Shown: positions 44,816-54,169 of the stretch, piece by piece
Position numbering within the stretch: the stretch's first letter is position 1
Layout: each line of letters opens with the position of its first letter
From: a virus
Taxonomy: Duplodnaviria; Caudoviricetes
DNA length: 64,000 nucleotides
Direction: 5' to 3' (one strand)
Virus record (IMG/VR): IMGVR_UViG_3300033145_002015
Span: 1-64,000 of that record
The notes under the pieces: generated by a model
What the model was told of the DNA's origin: nothing
The model's database searches: none
The model's input: the letters and a program-made list of their open reading frames with translations, nothing else
Translations under genes and position numbers: made by a program

Positions 44816-46192
44816 CTACCTCCTCACTTGAACGATTTCCGCCCCCATTGTCGCATAGTGTCGCAATCTTCGCTGGAGCATCACCCGGCAATCCGAATAG
44901 ACCAGATCCACCAAATCTATGACGACCGGGGGCTTCTTGCCTGGAACATACCTGCGAATCCTTCCTACTACCTGCGTGGCCGAGCTTCTGGGTGTTCCCC
45001 AAACTAAGGCTGATAATGTCGGAATGTCGGTTCCTTCCTGGATAGCGCCGAATGTGGCCAAAATGACCGAACATTCACGTTCAATCCTGGCTCGTTCTTC
45101 ATCATTGGTCCCGCTCACATATTTCCCCATCGCTCCGGGCGGAATGCGGTATCGATCAAGAAGCATGTCATATAACAGCTTTATCTGTTTCAGCCTGCTG
45201 GAAACCAAAAGCACTCGATATCCCTTCCTGCGGAGGACATCGATATATTTGGCGATAGCTGCGTTCCGCCGCCTATCGGAAGCCAATCTACTATCCAGTG
45301 TCCCCATTCGGAGCATATCGTTTTGGATCGATTTGAGCCATTCCTCCAAATCAGGATTCCCGAATCGATTTGGAATGACGAAAACCTTGGGAGCCGGCAT
45401 CTGAATCTGATCCATTTGGATGATATGTTGCCCGATGGTCATGGATGGAACGACATCCATTCCATCGGTACGTCTCGGAGTGGCAGTCAAACCTATCCGA
45501 TAGCGGGCAGGGAACATAGATGCCACCCGTCCCAATTGCTCGGCACCTGTTCGATGGCATTCATCGATCACGACAGTTCCGAAGTAATCATAGATCTCCT
45601 TGGGATATGGATGTTTCCGAAGTGTGAGCGAATGCATCATTCCGATAACGATTCGTTTTCCGTCGAAATTACAAACGTTCTGTCGAATCAGCCCAATATC
45701 ATCGTCAGTCAGAGTCGAATGCTTTTTAATTCGCTGTCTCCACTGTTGGATGAGATTCTCTTGGTGGACCACTACAAGCGTAGGTCTCGCAAGTTTGGCC
45801 ACCATGCGCAAAGCCATTACCGTCTTCCCGCTTCCAGTAGGAGCGATCAGCAGAATTCCAGTGCCCCCATTATCCACGATACGAGCAAATTGATTCAGCG
45901 CCGCATCTTGATGCCCCCGTTTGGCAAAGTTCGGATCATCCACGAAATTGAATGGTTCGATATCAGGCCCCAAGACAGTATAGTCTTCCACATCAAACCA
46001 TCTTTTCGCTTCAGGGGCATACCGTGGAATTCCAATATGCGCCTTCGCTTCCCGAACCAGAGATACGGTCGCTCGTGTCCCATCCGCCCTGACGAAGCGA
46101 GATCGAAACTGATACCGCTTCCGAAGATCCTCAAGGGAAGGAATTTCGCTCTTCGGAAGAAATAAATGGGTATAAAGTATGGCCTTGCGCAT
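44816..46192 (-). CDS. SF2 DEAD/DEAH helicase
   Basis: APTGSGKT, DECH, TAT, QVVGRIRR. Confidence 0.9.
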   Translation of the reverse strand: MRKAILYTHLFLPKSEIPSLEDLRKRYQFRSRFVRADGTRATVSLVREAKAHIGIPRYAPEAKRWFDVEDYTVLGPDIEPFNFVDDPNFAKRGHQDAALNQFARIVDNGGTGILLIAPTGSGKTVMALRMVAKLARPTLVVVHQENLIQQWRQRIKKHSTLTDDDIGLIRQNVCNFDGKRIVIGMMHSLTLRKHPYPKEIYDYFGTVVIDECHRTGAEQLGRVASMFPARYRIGLTATPRRTDGMDVVPSMTIGQHIIQMDQIQMPAPKVFVIPNRFGNPDLEEWLKSIQNDMLRMGTLDSRLASDRRRNAAIAKYIDVLRRKGYRVLLVSSRLKQIKLLYDMLLDRYRIPPGAMGKYVSGTNDEERARIERECSVILATFGAIQEGTDIPTLSALVWGTPRSSATQVVGRIRRYVPGKKPPVVIDLVDLVYSDCRVMLQRRLRHYATMGAEIVQVRR

Positions 46193-46204
46193 GCGGTCCT
46201 GCCT

Positions 46205-46951
46205 TTAGAACGGAATATCATCTTCCGAGTCAGCGGATTCTCCCCCCAGAAGGTCTTCAAGCGTCTCGCCGGATCCAGCTCCAAATTCATCCGAATGCCC
46301 TACCGGAGGAGGCAGTTTTGCCATTTCCCGCAATTGGTCTGCAGATTTCGGAGCAAAAATTTCCAGATAATTGAATGGTTTGAGCCATTCTTCTTTTTCT
46401 GCAAGAGTAGCTCCCTGTGCAATGGACAAAAGCTGCTTTTTGGTGAGTCTTCCAATATATTGGAAATCTTCACCTGTGGCAGCTTCATCCGGAGCGTCCC
46501 TGGAAACTTCCATGACGACATTGGTCAGATCTCCTTTGATGCGCTCATCCCTGTCTCTGACCTTCTTCAATTTTCGATGCGCCCGAGGCTTCATAACCAG
46601 TAGCCGCTTCGTATTCTGAACGGCATTCCCGTCCTTCGTTGTGAATTTGGTGTGATCGATGATGGTGTATGCACATACCCATACAGGTTTATCCTTGACT
46701 TCACACAAAGGACAATTATCAATATCCGACAAGCACGTCTCGTAGGAAAAAGAAAACGATCCACCGACCTGCTGCTGCCTGATCTGATGCTCATAAAAGT
46801 AGAAACCTTCGCTGTCTAGGAAAGTAATTCTGGTAGACTTTCCGTCCTTAATCCAAAACCGTTGGTCCTTGACCGACCTGGATCCAATGGGATTCCTTTC
46901 CAACTCCTCTGACCTGGCTTCTCCGTCTCGTCCTCGCTTGTACCAAGACAT
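46205..46951 (-). CDS. Putative single-stranded DNA-binding protein
   Basis: RFWIKDG..RITFLD, CPLC, acidic tail ending DDIPF. Confidence 0.75.
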   Translation of the reverse strand: MSWYKRGRDGEARSEELERNPIGSRSVKDQRFWIKDGKSTRITFLDSEGFYFYEHQIRQQQVGGSFSFSYETCLSDIDNCPLCEVKDKPVWVCAYTIIDHTKFTTKDGNAVQNTKRLLVMKPRAHRKLKKVRDRDERIKGDLTNVVMEVSRDAPDEAATGEDFQYIGRLTKKQLLSIAQGATLAEKEEWLKPFNYLEIFAPKSADQLREMAKLPPPVGHSDEFGAGSGETLEDLLGGESADSEDDIPF

Positions 46952-46964
46952 ACCTTAGCCTCCT

Positions 46965-47957
46965 TCAAACTTTTTTGGCCCGTTTGAGAGCCTGCGTTAA
47001 TTGATGTTTGGATTGAAGCTCTCCGGGATCTTTCACTCCAACATCGCCCCAATCCACTTCAAACATCCTGAGCGCCTTACATTGACGCTTTACCCTTTCT
47101 GCGCTTGCCCTTCCGGCATCATCAGCGTCAAAGCCCAACACGATGGTCGGAAAACATAGTGCGCCTAACTGCGAACGCCGTATGGGTCCGGCCGTAGCGA
47201 CGGCATTACCGAAACCCAGATCATATAGCCTTAAAACATCCAAACAGGACTCCACGACCAAAACCGGCCGGTCATAATCGATCTTATCCAGACCGAACAA
47301 CATTCCTGTCTTTGCCACTGTCGGCAATGGTGTTTTGCTGCCGATCAATTTTTCGGTGATCTCGAAAAATATTTTCCGTCTGATAGATCTCGAATGCAGA
47401 CCCCAACAGAGTCCATCATACCCGATTAACGGGAAAACAACATGTGGATACGAATCCAAATACTTCCAGCATCTGAGCCGATAGCGCTCCACTGTAGAAA
47501 GCGAAATTTTGCGTCCTTCAAAAAACGTCGAAAAAGCGTCGAAATCAGGCATATCCTTAGTTATCAAAGGAAATTGATCCAATACAGCCTGCGGAACGGC
47601 CTGAATCTTTTCTTCGTCGAACGCTGATTTATATGGATCGACGAATTTGGCTTTGGTGCCGCTTTCTTCTTCATCGATCTCATATTCGGCGAGAAGCATG
47701 GATGCTTCCCGATATCTGTACGAATGCCTGAATGTCAATGTGTGCAGTAATTTGCGGAGAGAACCGTTTCTCCCGCATCCGAAGCAGAAATACCATGATG
47801 GAGCATCATCCAGGATTTCTATTCCAAACGAAGGATGGCGGTCCTCCCCGCCGGCATGAAGCCAACCGAACGGGCACTTTCCCCGAAGCCATCTATCGGA
47901 GACTTTGAGGTTCAGATTAAGTGCCTTCGTAAACGCCATTATTGCTTCGCTGTCCAT
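46965..47957 (-). CDS. DNA primase (zinc finger + TOPRIM)
   Basis: CPF..H...D.HPSF...CFGC; VESCLD; FDADDAG. Confidence 0.85.
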   Translation of the reverse strand: MDSEAIMAFTKALNLNLKVSDRWLRGKCPFGWLHAGGEDRHPSFGIEILDDAPSWYFCFGCGRNGSLRKLLHTLTFRHSYRYREASMLLAEYEIDEEESGTKAKFVDPYKSAFDEEKIQAVPQAVLDQFPLITKDMPDFDAFSTFFEGRKISLSTVERYRLRCWKYLDSYPHVVFPLIGYDGLCWGLHSRSIRRKIFFEITEKLIGSKTPLPTVAKTGMLFGLDKIDYDRPVLVVESCLDVLRLYDLGFGNAVATAGPIRRSQLGALCFPTIVLGFDADDAGRASAERVKRQCKALRMFEVDWGDVGVKDPGELQSKHQLTQALKRAKKV

Positions 47958-48382
47958 TATTTCCGCTTGATAATGATTCCAGAAATCGTTTCTGTCTCGG
48001 TCCAGATCTGGCTGAGATCCATCGCCCCGATGTATTTTTTGGCATCCGCGACCCTGACAGTCACCAGATCATAGAACATCCGGGCTTTTCCGAGCTTCTT
48101 CAGCAAGCTATGAAATGCCTCGGGAGGAATTTGCGTAAGAACTCGGACCTTCGGAGTAGCGATATGAGTAGGCGTTTCAAGAACCATGCTTTTCCCGCCA
48201 TTGAAGAATTCGATGATCGCCTGCTTCAGCGGTTCCATCTCTTTCTTGAGACTTTTCAGCTCTTGCTCCAGCACGGAACGTTTGAAGTCCAGCTCAGCAT
48301 AACGATCCACAATAGTCGTCATCCTGAGAGTCTTTTCCCGTCCATTCCCATTCAGAATTTTTCGTTTGAGTAATCTTGCCAT
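47957..48382 (-). CDS. Hypothetical coiled-coil protein
   Basis: RBS GGAGGTGA after promoter. Confidence 0.6.
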   Translation of the reverse strand: MARLLKRKILNGNGREKTLRMTTIVDRYAELDFKRSVLEQELKSLKKEMEPLKQAIIEFFNGGKSMVLETPTHIATPKVRVLTQIPPEAFHSLLKKLGKARMFYDLVTVRVADAKKYIGAMDLSQIWTETETISGIIIKRK

Positions 48383-48414
48383 CGCCCATCACCTCCTGTT
48401 ATTTTGGTTACCCT

Positions 48415-48443
48415 TTTATAGCATTGTTTCATCCAAATGTCAA
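48415..48443 (-). promoter_or_regulatory. sigma70 promoter
   Basis: TTTTTTCTTGACA-17-TATAAA. Confidence 0.8.
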
Positions 48444-48451
48444 GAAAAAAA

Positions 48452-49774
48452 TCAAGAAAAATCGTTTTCCGACTCTAAAACTTCCGATTGAGCGAAAATG
48501 ACTCCCGCCTCAGCAATTCTCATGCGGAACAGGTCGAATAGAATCTTTATCACAGCGAAGCCTCCCTCCCGATCTTTCATGACTGTCAGAATCCGTGTTG
48601 TTTCCCCACTATCCATGCTGAAGTCATCAACAGTAGACTCAGAAGTTTCGTCCAGAGAAATATCCAGGGCGATGGCGGCCGCCTGTCCGATGGTATCCGA
48701 ATAACCGATGGTTTCCAAAGTTCCTCCCGCCATCGAAGAAGAGCGATCTCTCTTGGCTCTATTGGATATGACGGATTTACGGCCTTGTTGATATGATGCC
48801 ACGACTGGAATTCTGAGATCCAAGGCCAATTTTCTAAGGTCTCTGGCGACGGATGAGACACGTTCCCACGTTGATGGTTCCCGCCGATCAGGTTCGACCA
48901 TGTAAGCGCCATCCACAAAGACAATATCAGGTTCGATTTCTCGGACACGCATCAGCAAATCCGAAATTTTCGTGGATAAACTGCCTTCCATGATGAAGAA
49001 CTCATCCCGTTCCGCCAACATTGCTCTGGCTTCTTCGACTTTTCGCATGGCATATGGGCTTAGCTTACCGGAACGTAAACGCCCATGCGGGACGTGGGAT
49101 ATCAGGGATAGCAATCTCGACGTACATTGAGACGCCGGCATCTCCATTGATACGAATAGCACTTTACGGTTTTGGGCGAAGTACGTATTGAGAGCCATAT
49201 GAAGCAAAAGATAAGTTTTACCAGCACCAGGTCTCCCGGCCACCACCAAAAAGTCTTCATTCTGCAATCCCCCTGTCATGTTGTCCAATGTCGGAAATCC
49301 AAGAGATAATCCCAAGAGCGTTGACGCCCTCTGGTATTCTCGATGCCTCTGCACGACCATTTCAGAGGCATCGCTGACTTTAATAACCGGATTGCTTTGA
49401 TGAACAGTCCTAGATGCAACCGCAATTGATTGCAGCCGGTTATAGGCTTCTTTTGGTTTACCACTAGCCAGAAGCCTTCTCGTGTCTTCGATCCCCCTTT
49501 CCAAAATCTCATGAAGACGACGCTCTTTGATCCGCTCCGCCCAAAAAGCGAGCGGAGCTTGGGGCATTTGCCGCGGAAATTTGATTCCAAGCTCCGCTTC
49601 GACGATCTCCAACTCAGGAATAGTCCCGAATCTAGAATAAAAGTTCTCGATAAAAAGCAGCACATTTTTTTCAGATTCATGAAAGAAGCTCCTGTCCAAG
49701 CCCAATTCCGTCAGCACTAATGGGGGGCTCTTCTCCCTTATCAACGCCTTCAGTATTCCCAGCCCAAGGCTCAT
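48452..49774 (-). CDS. dnaB: Replicative DnaB-like helicase
   Basis: AGRPGAGKT, FVSMEM, VFVDG, SDTIGQ, KDREG. Confidence 0.9.
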   Translation of the reverse strand: MSLGLGILKALIREKSPPLVLTELGLDRSFFHESEKNVLLFIENFYSRFGTIPELEIVEAELGIKFPRQMPQAPLAFWAERIKERRLHEILERGIEDTRRLLASGKPKEAYNRLQSIAVASRTVHQSNPVIKVSDASEMVVQRHREYQRASTLLGLSLGFPTLDNMTGGLQNEDFLVVAGRPGAGKTYLLLHMALNTYFAQNRKVLFVSMEMPASQCTSRLLSLISHVPHGRLRSGKLSPYAMRKVEEARAMLAERDEFFIMEGSLSTKISDLLMRVREIEPDIVFVDGAYMVEPDRREPSTWERVSSVARDLRKLALDLRIPVVASYQQGRKSVISNRAKRDRSSSMAGGTLETIGYSDTIGQAAAIALDISLDETSESTVDDFSMDSGETTRILTVMKDREGGFAVIKILFDLFRMRIAEAGVIFAQSEVLESENDFS

Positions 49775-50348
49775 CCAACAACTCCTCTGCTTTATTATCG
49801 ATTAGTTTCGCTATTTTAGCCGAAAAAGCATCTCCATATCCTATGTCAGGTTCCATAAACAACACAAGATGCTGCTTATGTGTCAGAATTTCCAGCAGAA
49901 AATTGTCAATTCTCAGATAAGACGGGACCGATTCGACAAAATACAAAATCATCCCCGGCGCTCGAAGAACGTCTTCATAATATTCCATATCCCTTTCCCT
50001 GAGCGCCAAAGCCAACTCCGTATACGAACAGCGGGCGGCCCGCTTCAACACGTTGCAAGCATATCCAATCTCGGTCCATTCGGCCAAGTCAAGCACTTTC
50101 TGCGGATTCGCCAAGCGGACAATCGGCCACTTGCCCCTATTGAGAGCATTTAGAATCAAGCTGAATCCACGACATACCCACCCAGGAGGTGTCGTCTTCT
50201 CCAGAAGCACCTGCCTGTGATTCGTTATCAGATACCTCATCAGATTCGGGGAAACTCGCCCAGAATTCTTCATCAGTTGGTCCGGCCATATCAATGTATT
50301 CTCTTCGGTACATTTCTTCAAAGATTTTATCTTGTTCTCGCTCTTCAT
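49677..50348 (-). CDS. Hypothetical protein (possible helicase-loader-like); start uncertain
   Basis: Position between initiator-like gene and dnaB. Confidence 0.45.
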   Translation of the reverse strand: MKSENKIKSLKKCTEENTLIWPDQLMKNSGRVSPNLMRYLITNHRQVLLEKTTPPGWVCRGFSLILNALNRGKWPIVRLANPQKVLDLAEWTEIGYACNVLKRAARCSYTELALALRERDMEYYEDVLRAPGMILYFVESVPSYLRIDNFLLEILTHKQHLVLFMEPDIGYGDAFSAKIAKLIDNKAEELLDEPWAGNTEGVDKGEEPPISADGIGLGQELLS

Positions 50349-51462
50349 GCCTCCTCCACTTTTCAGGATCTACCAATTGCCAATAAAATTTGTCTTCATC
50401 GGACACAGTGAGCAAGGATTTCCGCCGTTTCTCTTCTTCCCTTCGCCTCTCTGCGTCTCGTAGTCTGGCTCGTCGCCTAGCTTCCGCGCTTTGTCTCTGC
50501 ATATCCTGCCATTCAGCTACTACTTTCCTGAAGACTTTGGCATAGGTGAATAAATTTTCCAGATTGGGGAGGGTACTAATGGCCGTCCGCATCTCATACG
50601 ACATCGACGCCTGCGCCCTTTTCGAGTAGATATGCCAATTCGTCAGAACTTCTGAAACAAAGTCAATAGCTTCCTGCTCATTCCCGTCGAAATACAGATT
50701 CAGGAAGTTTTTGGCCTGCCCCCTGAATTTCCCCGTCAATACAGGTTTCAGCCGCTTCTCCGGCGGGAGCGCATCAATAAGCCGGCATACCTTCCCGACG
50801 AAGGTTGACGGGGGACGCCCTCGTTTCTTGGCCAATCGCCGCTGGCGTTTGATCTTGCCTGCTTCAATCTTTTGTTCAGCCGCTTTTAATGCATCATCGA
50901 TCGTCGAGAACATGGTTTCAACCTTCTTCCAATTCGGCCTTCGGCCCGAAAGATCGAATTTCATCCCGTTCATGATTTCCAGCATAACATCAAGATGGAT
51001 GAGTAAGTCAAACCCTTTTTTATCGCCGTCGATCCATCCTTCATCAACAAGCCGAAGCAGCCGGGGAGCCATCAGCATCCCGCAAGAACGTCCCTTCAGC
51101 ATGAGATGCGCCGCAGAAACATACCCTTCGGAAATAAGCCACCTTCTGGCTTTCACAACAGTCGGCTTGGACCTAAGACATCCATTATGGGCGGATTTCC
51201 TCCCGAAAACCAACTCATTGAGCGGGAACAACTCAAAAATCTTCTTCCACTTCACCAAGGTTTCCTCGATAAGGAAATTCAACATCCAATCGTATTTTAT
51301 CCTTGTGCGGGACACTTTACCAGGCAGAACTATAGTTCTCAAGGCTCTAACAGATTTCCGGCCGCCGATCCAATCAATCACGTAATCGTTGATCGCATCA
51401 ATGATGGAGCATAGCTGCGTTCTCATCTCACACCTCCAAGCGTGGTTTGCCCAAGATAACAA
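50137..51462 (-). CDS. Hypothetical protein, possible replication initiator
   Basis: Long ORF heading the dnaB operon; positional call only. Confidence 0.5.
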   Translation of the reverse strand: MLSWANHAWRCEMRTQLCSIIDAINDYVIDWIGGRKSVRALRTIVLPGKVSRTRIKYDWMLNFLIEETLVKWKKIFELFPLNELVFGRKSAHNGCLRSKPTVVKARRWLISEGYVSAAHLMLKGRSCGMLMAPRLLRLVDEGWIDGDKKGFDLLIHLDVMLEIMNGMKFDLSGRRPNWKKVETMFSTIDDALKAAEQKIEAGKIKRQRRLAKKRGRPPSTFVGKVCRLIDALPPEKRLKPVLTGKFRGQAKNFLNLYFDGNEQEAIDFVSEVLTNWHIYSKRAQASMSYEMRTAISTLPNLENLFTYAKVFRKVVAEWQDMQRQSAEARRRARLRDAERRREEEKRRKSLLTVSDEDKFYWQLVDPEKWRRHEEREQDKIFEEMYRREYIDMAGPTDEEFWASFPESDEVSDNESQAGASGEDDTSWVGMSWIQLDSKCSQ

Positions 51463-51481
51463 ACTTCCAGGGCAATGTCAA
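51453..51481 (-). promoter_or_regulatory. sigma70 promoter
   Basis: TTGACA-17-TATCTT. Confidence 0.7.
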
Positions 51482-51704
51482 GACAAAGATTCGCCGTTCA
51501 AACGATCCAAACAACGCCACCATCTCTCCAGCAAAACTGAATCTCATTCATTTTCGCGTCTATCCTTTCAGCACTTTTTTCGACGAAACGCTTCCCTGAA
51601 ACCTCTTCTTATCCCAATGTCTTCCCCTGAAGGCTGCCGCTGCCGCTCCGACGGCAGCAGTTATGCAGTTCCCTGCAGTTCCCTGGAGACTAGTTTTTAG
51701 ATTT

Positions 51705-51819
<115 letters not shown>

Positions 51820-51829
51820 CAGTCCTTTC

Positions 51830-51853
51830 TAAAAGAAGACCTTATGGTCTTCT
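51830..51853 (-). terminator. Terminator hairpin
   Basis: AGAAGACC-ATAA-GGTCTTCT followed by TTT. Confidence 0.6.
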
Positions 51854-52086
51854 ATATAGTAAGAAGGTATAGGGAGTAAACCCAGGTAACTAGGGATGAG
51901 TTAAATAACTTAACTAGGCATGAGTTCAATCCTTTGTACGAAAAAGATATTGTAAAAGTACCACATTGTGGTAGCATTTTTGAGTATTGTAATATCATCT
52001 TGTTTGCATCAAATTTGGATGGTGGGGATATTGTTATGGTATATTCTTTTCCCCACCATCTCAGTGTCAGTACCAAGAATATCTGA

Positions 52087-52395
52087 TTAGTCGTCATCAT
52101 CGAAATCATAAAGAAGTCGTTTCATGATTTCTTCATCCTTCCCTCGAAGATAATTCAGATCCTTTATCGAAGTATTGATCTCATCCACCAGATCTCCGAA
52201 AGACATTCCAAGGGAAATCGCAATGGCGATCGGACCGAAGACAATTCTATAGATCTTGTAAGTCTCCCACCATTGAAAGTTTACATAGAGCAGCCTTTCC
52301 AGGCTGAAGTCGAAGTCTACGATGATCGACCAAGCAAATTTTTTCATTTCCACCTCCATTTTTTTCTTGACAAGCACCAAGGCTATTGCTATCAT
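52087..52395 (-). CDS. Hypothetical protein (probable start at MKKFAW)
   Basis: RBS GGAGGTGG. Confidence 0.45.
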   Translation of the reverse strand: MIAIALVLVKKKMEVEMKKFAWSIIVDFDFSLERLLYVNFQWWETYKIYRIVFGPIAIAISLGMSFGDLVDEINTSIKDLNYLRGKDEEIMKRLLYDFDDDD

Positions 52396-52535
52396 GTACT
52401 TACGATGTGGGCGAGGGGCGGCATTTTTTGGTTCAATGAAACTGTTCCCCTCTTCTCAACAGTTTCAGCTTTAATGGTTACCACCTCCTTAAAGACAAAG
52501 CCAAAGCATCCAACACACCTCCAACAGCCAATCGC

Positions 52536-52823
52536 TCACATCGTTTTTTCTTTGCACCTTAAGAGCCATTCCTGAATCAGCCTTCGTTCTGTTGCTATAG
52601 CTTCTCCCCGATTCTTGAAGATGGATGCGGCGGAAGCCAATGCTTCCCGTGCTTCCGGGGAAATCGGAATAATTTCCCAGCCTCGCTTGGTTTCATTATA
52701 TCTGACATCAGTCATCCGCTTCACGGAAACCGATGTCGCCTTTTCGAGAATCGATACCAATGCATCGTCATACATCCCGGCCAGCGTCCCGTCCTGTTCG
52801 ATCCTGAGAACCAATTTGCTCAT
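52536..52823 (-). CDS. Small protein of the DUF1257/DUF2997 module
   Basis: IEQDGTL..MYDD...RMTDV...GW. Confidence 0.55.
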   Translation of the reverse strand: MSKLVLRIEQDGTLAGMYDDALVSILEKATSVSVKRMTDVRYNETKRGWEIIPISPEAREALASAASIFKNRGEAIATERRLIQEWLLRCKEKTM

Positions 52824-53011
52824 GACCATTCCTCTTCAAACTGCGGAATCTTCTCTTCAGCATAATATTCCGGCTTAAGGCGGGTTTCTGTGGCTCCCCC
52901 AAGGCGGGATATTAGATGAGAAGTTAAATCCGTACAGGATGCTCCCATCACTCCGTCCACATCAATGGTGATTGTTCCATCATGCTTTACTCTTACTTCT
53001 ATCCTCGACAT
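52820..53011 (-). CDS. DUF2997 family protein
   Basis: IEVRVKHDGTITIDVDGVMGASC..LT..L...LG......LKPEYY. Confidence 0.8.
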   Translation of the reverse strand: MSRIEVRVKHDGTITIDVDGVMGASCTDLTSHLISRLGGATETRLKPEYYAEEKIPQFEEEWS

Positions 53012-53024
53012 AGCTTCACTCCAA

Positions 53025-53417
53025 TCAATTCTGATATACTAGGACTAATTCCTGAGTCGCAGGATCGACCTTCTTTTCAGTCATAATGTATCCTTGGTTC
53101 ATCAATTCTTCGGAGACCACGATTTCGGTATAAGTTTTTGCCAGTTTGCCACAATTGCGGCCAAGAATTCCTCCGATTGGATTATCATAATAATCCAGGA
53201 CCACATTATAGTGATCGCCATCTTTGACCACAGCGGCCCCGTAGGTCGGCGTAGCTTCCTGGCCAATTTCAGTGATCACCCCGGCGCAATCAATTGCGCC
53301 TCCATACTTGGAAACATATTTGGCTTGTTCCGTGAATTGCAAATTCAACATCGCCAAAGCCCGCTTCAAGGTGGGAAGATCTTTGATCTTCCAGGTTGAC
53401 TTGGTGAAGTGACTCAT
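53025..53417 (-). CDS. DUF1257 (Ycf35-like) protein
   Basis: MSHFT....IKDL..LKRAL..L. Confidence 0.75.
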   Translation of the reverse strand: MSHFTKSTWKIKDLPTLKRALAMLNLQFTEQAKYVSKYGGAIDCAGVITEIGQEATPTYGAAVVKDGDHYNVVLDYYDNPIGGILGRNCGKLAKTYTEIVVSEELMNQGYIMTEKKVDPATQELVLVYQN

Positions 53418-53436
53418 CTGATACCCTCCCTTTCGA

Positions 53437-54081
53437 TTAGTGTTTACGTCTTCGGGTCACCATTCTTACTTTCGCCGAAGGCGGTGCGCTCACGGTGACC
53501 ATCTGCTGCAGCATTCTCAAAGGAAGCTGAGCAATGTTCCAGTAAAAAGATAATGATGTTTTGTTTCCGGCCAAAGCCTCTTGAAGTTCGGAGCCATTCA
53601 TGATTTTGAACTTCCCGCACAGTAGCATGGATGCTGGTTTCTTGAATACAGGATTCAAGTCAGTTAGCCCCACCACAGAAGCATCGGCGTCATCGGATGC
53701 CAGCTTGAGATATATGCTATACGTATGTTTCCTCCTACCATCCCCAAACTGTTTTGACAAAAATAGTTTAAAATTCGGAGTCGTAGATTGCACGAATATG
53801 AGATACGACGTTTGGCTCATTTTCAAATTGTCCCTGATGGCGGAAGGAATAATATGTGAAATCCGAGGCCATATCTCGGGAGTAATCGAAGATACTCTTA
53901 CATTGAAATGCAATTGCGGGATCACTTGAATAGCCTTGCACACCCCGAAGCTGCGGCATTCTGAAAGATACAGTTCTTTTCCTCCTACAATGGGAAACAG
54001 GATAAATTTGTCCCCTGACGGGGAGATTCTCTGTCCGAAGTTGTTAGGATCCGGGGCCATTACAGCGTAAGTATATGCCAT
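53437..54081 (-). CDS. Hypothetical protein
   Basis: First gene after the promoter at 54157. Confidence 0.6.
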   Translation of the reverse strand: MAYTYAVMAPDPNNFGQRISPSGDKFILFPIVGGKELYLSECRSFGVCKAIQVIPQLHFNVRVSSITPEIWPRISHIIPSAIRDNLKMSQTSYLIFVQSTTPNFKLFLSKQFGDGRRKHTYSIYLKLASDDADASVVGLTDLNPVFKKPASMLLCGKFKIMNGSELQEALAGNKTSLSFYWNIAQLPLRMLQQMVTVSAPPSAKVRMVTRRRKH

Positions 54082-54128
54082 GACAGACTCCTTTGAAAAA
54101 AATACTTATCCCGATCTATGTTGGGATG

Positions 54129-54157
54129 AGTATATCTTATCAGAGAGTCTTTGTCAA
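54129..54157 (-). promoter_or_regulatory. sigma70 promoter
   Basis: TTTTTTTCTTGACA-17-TATACT. Confidence 0.85.
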
Positions 54158-54169
54158 GAAAAAAATCGA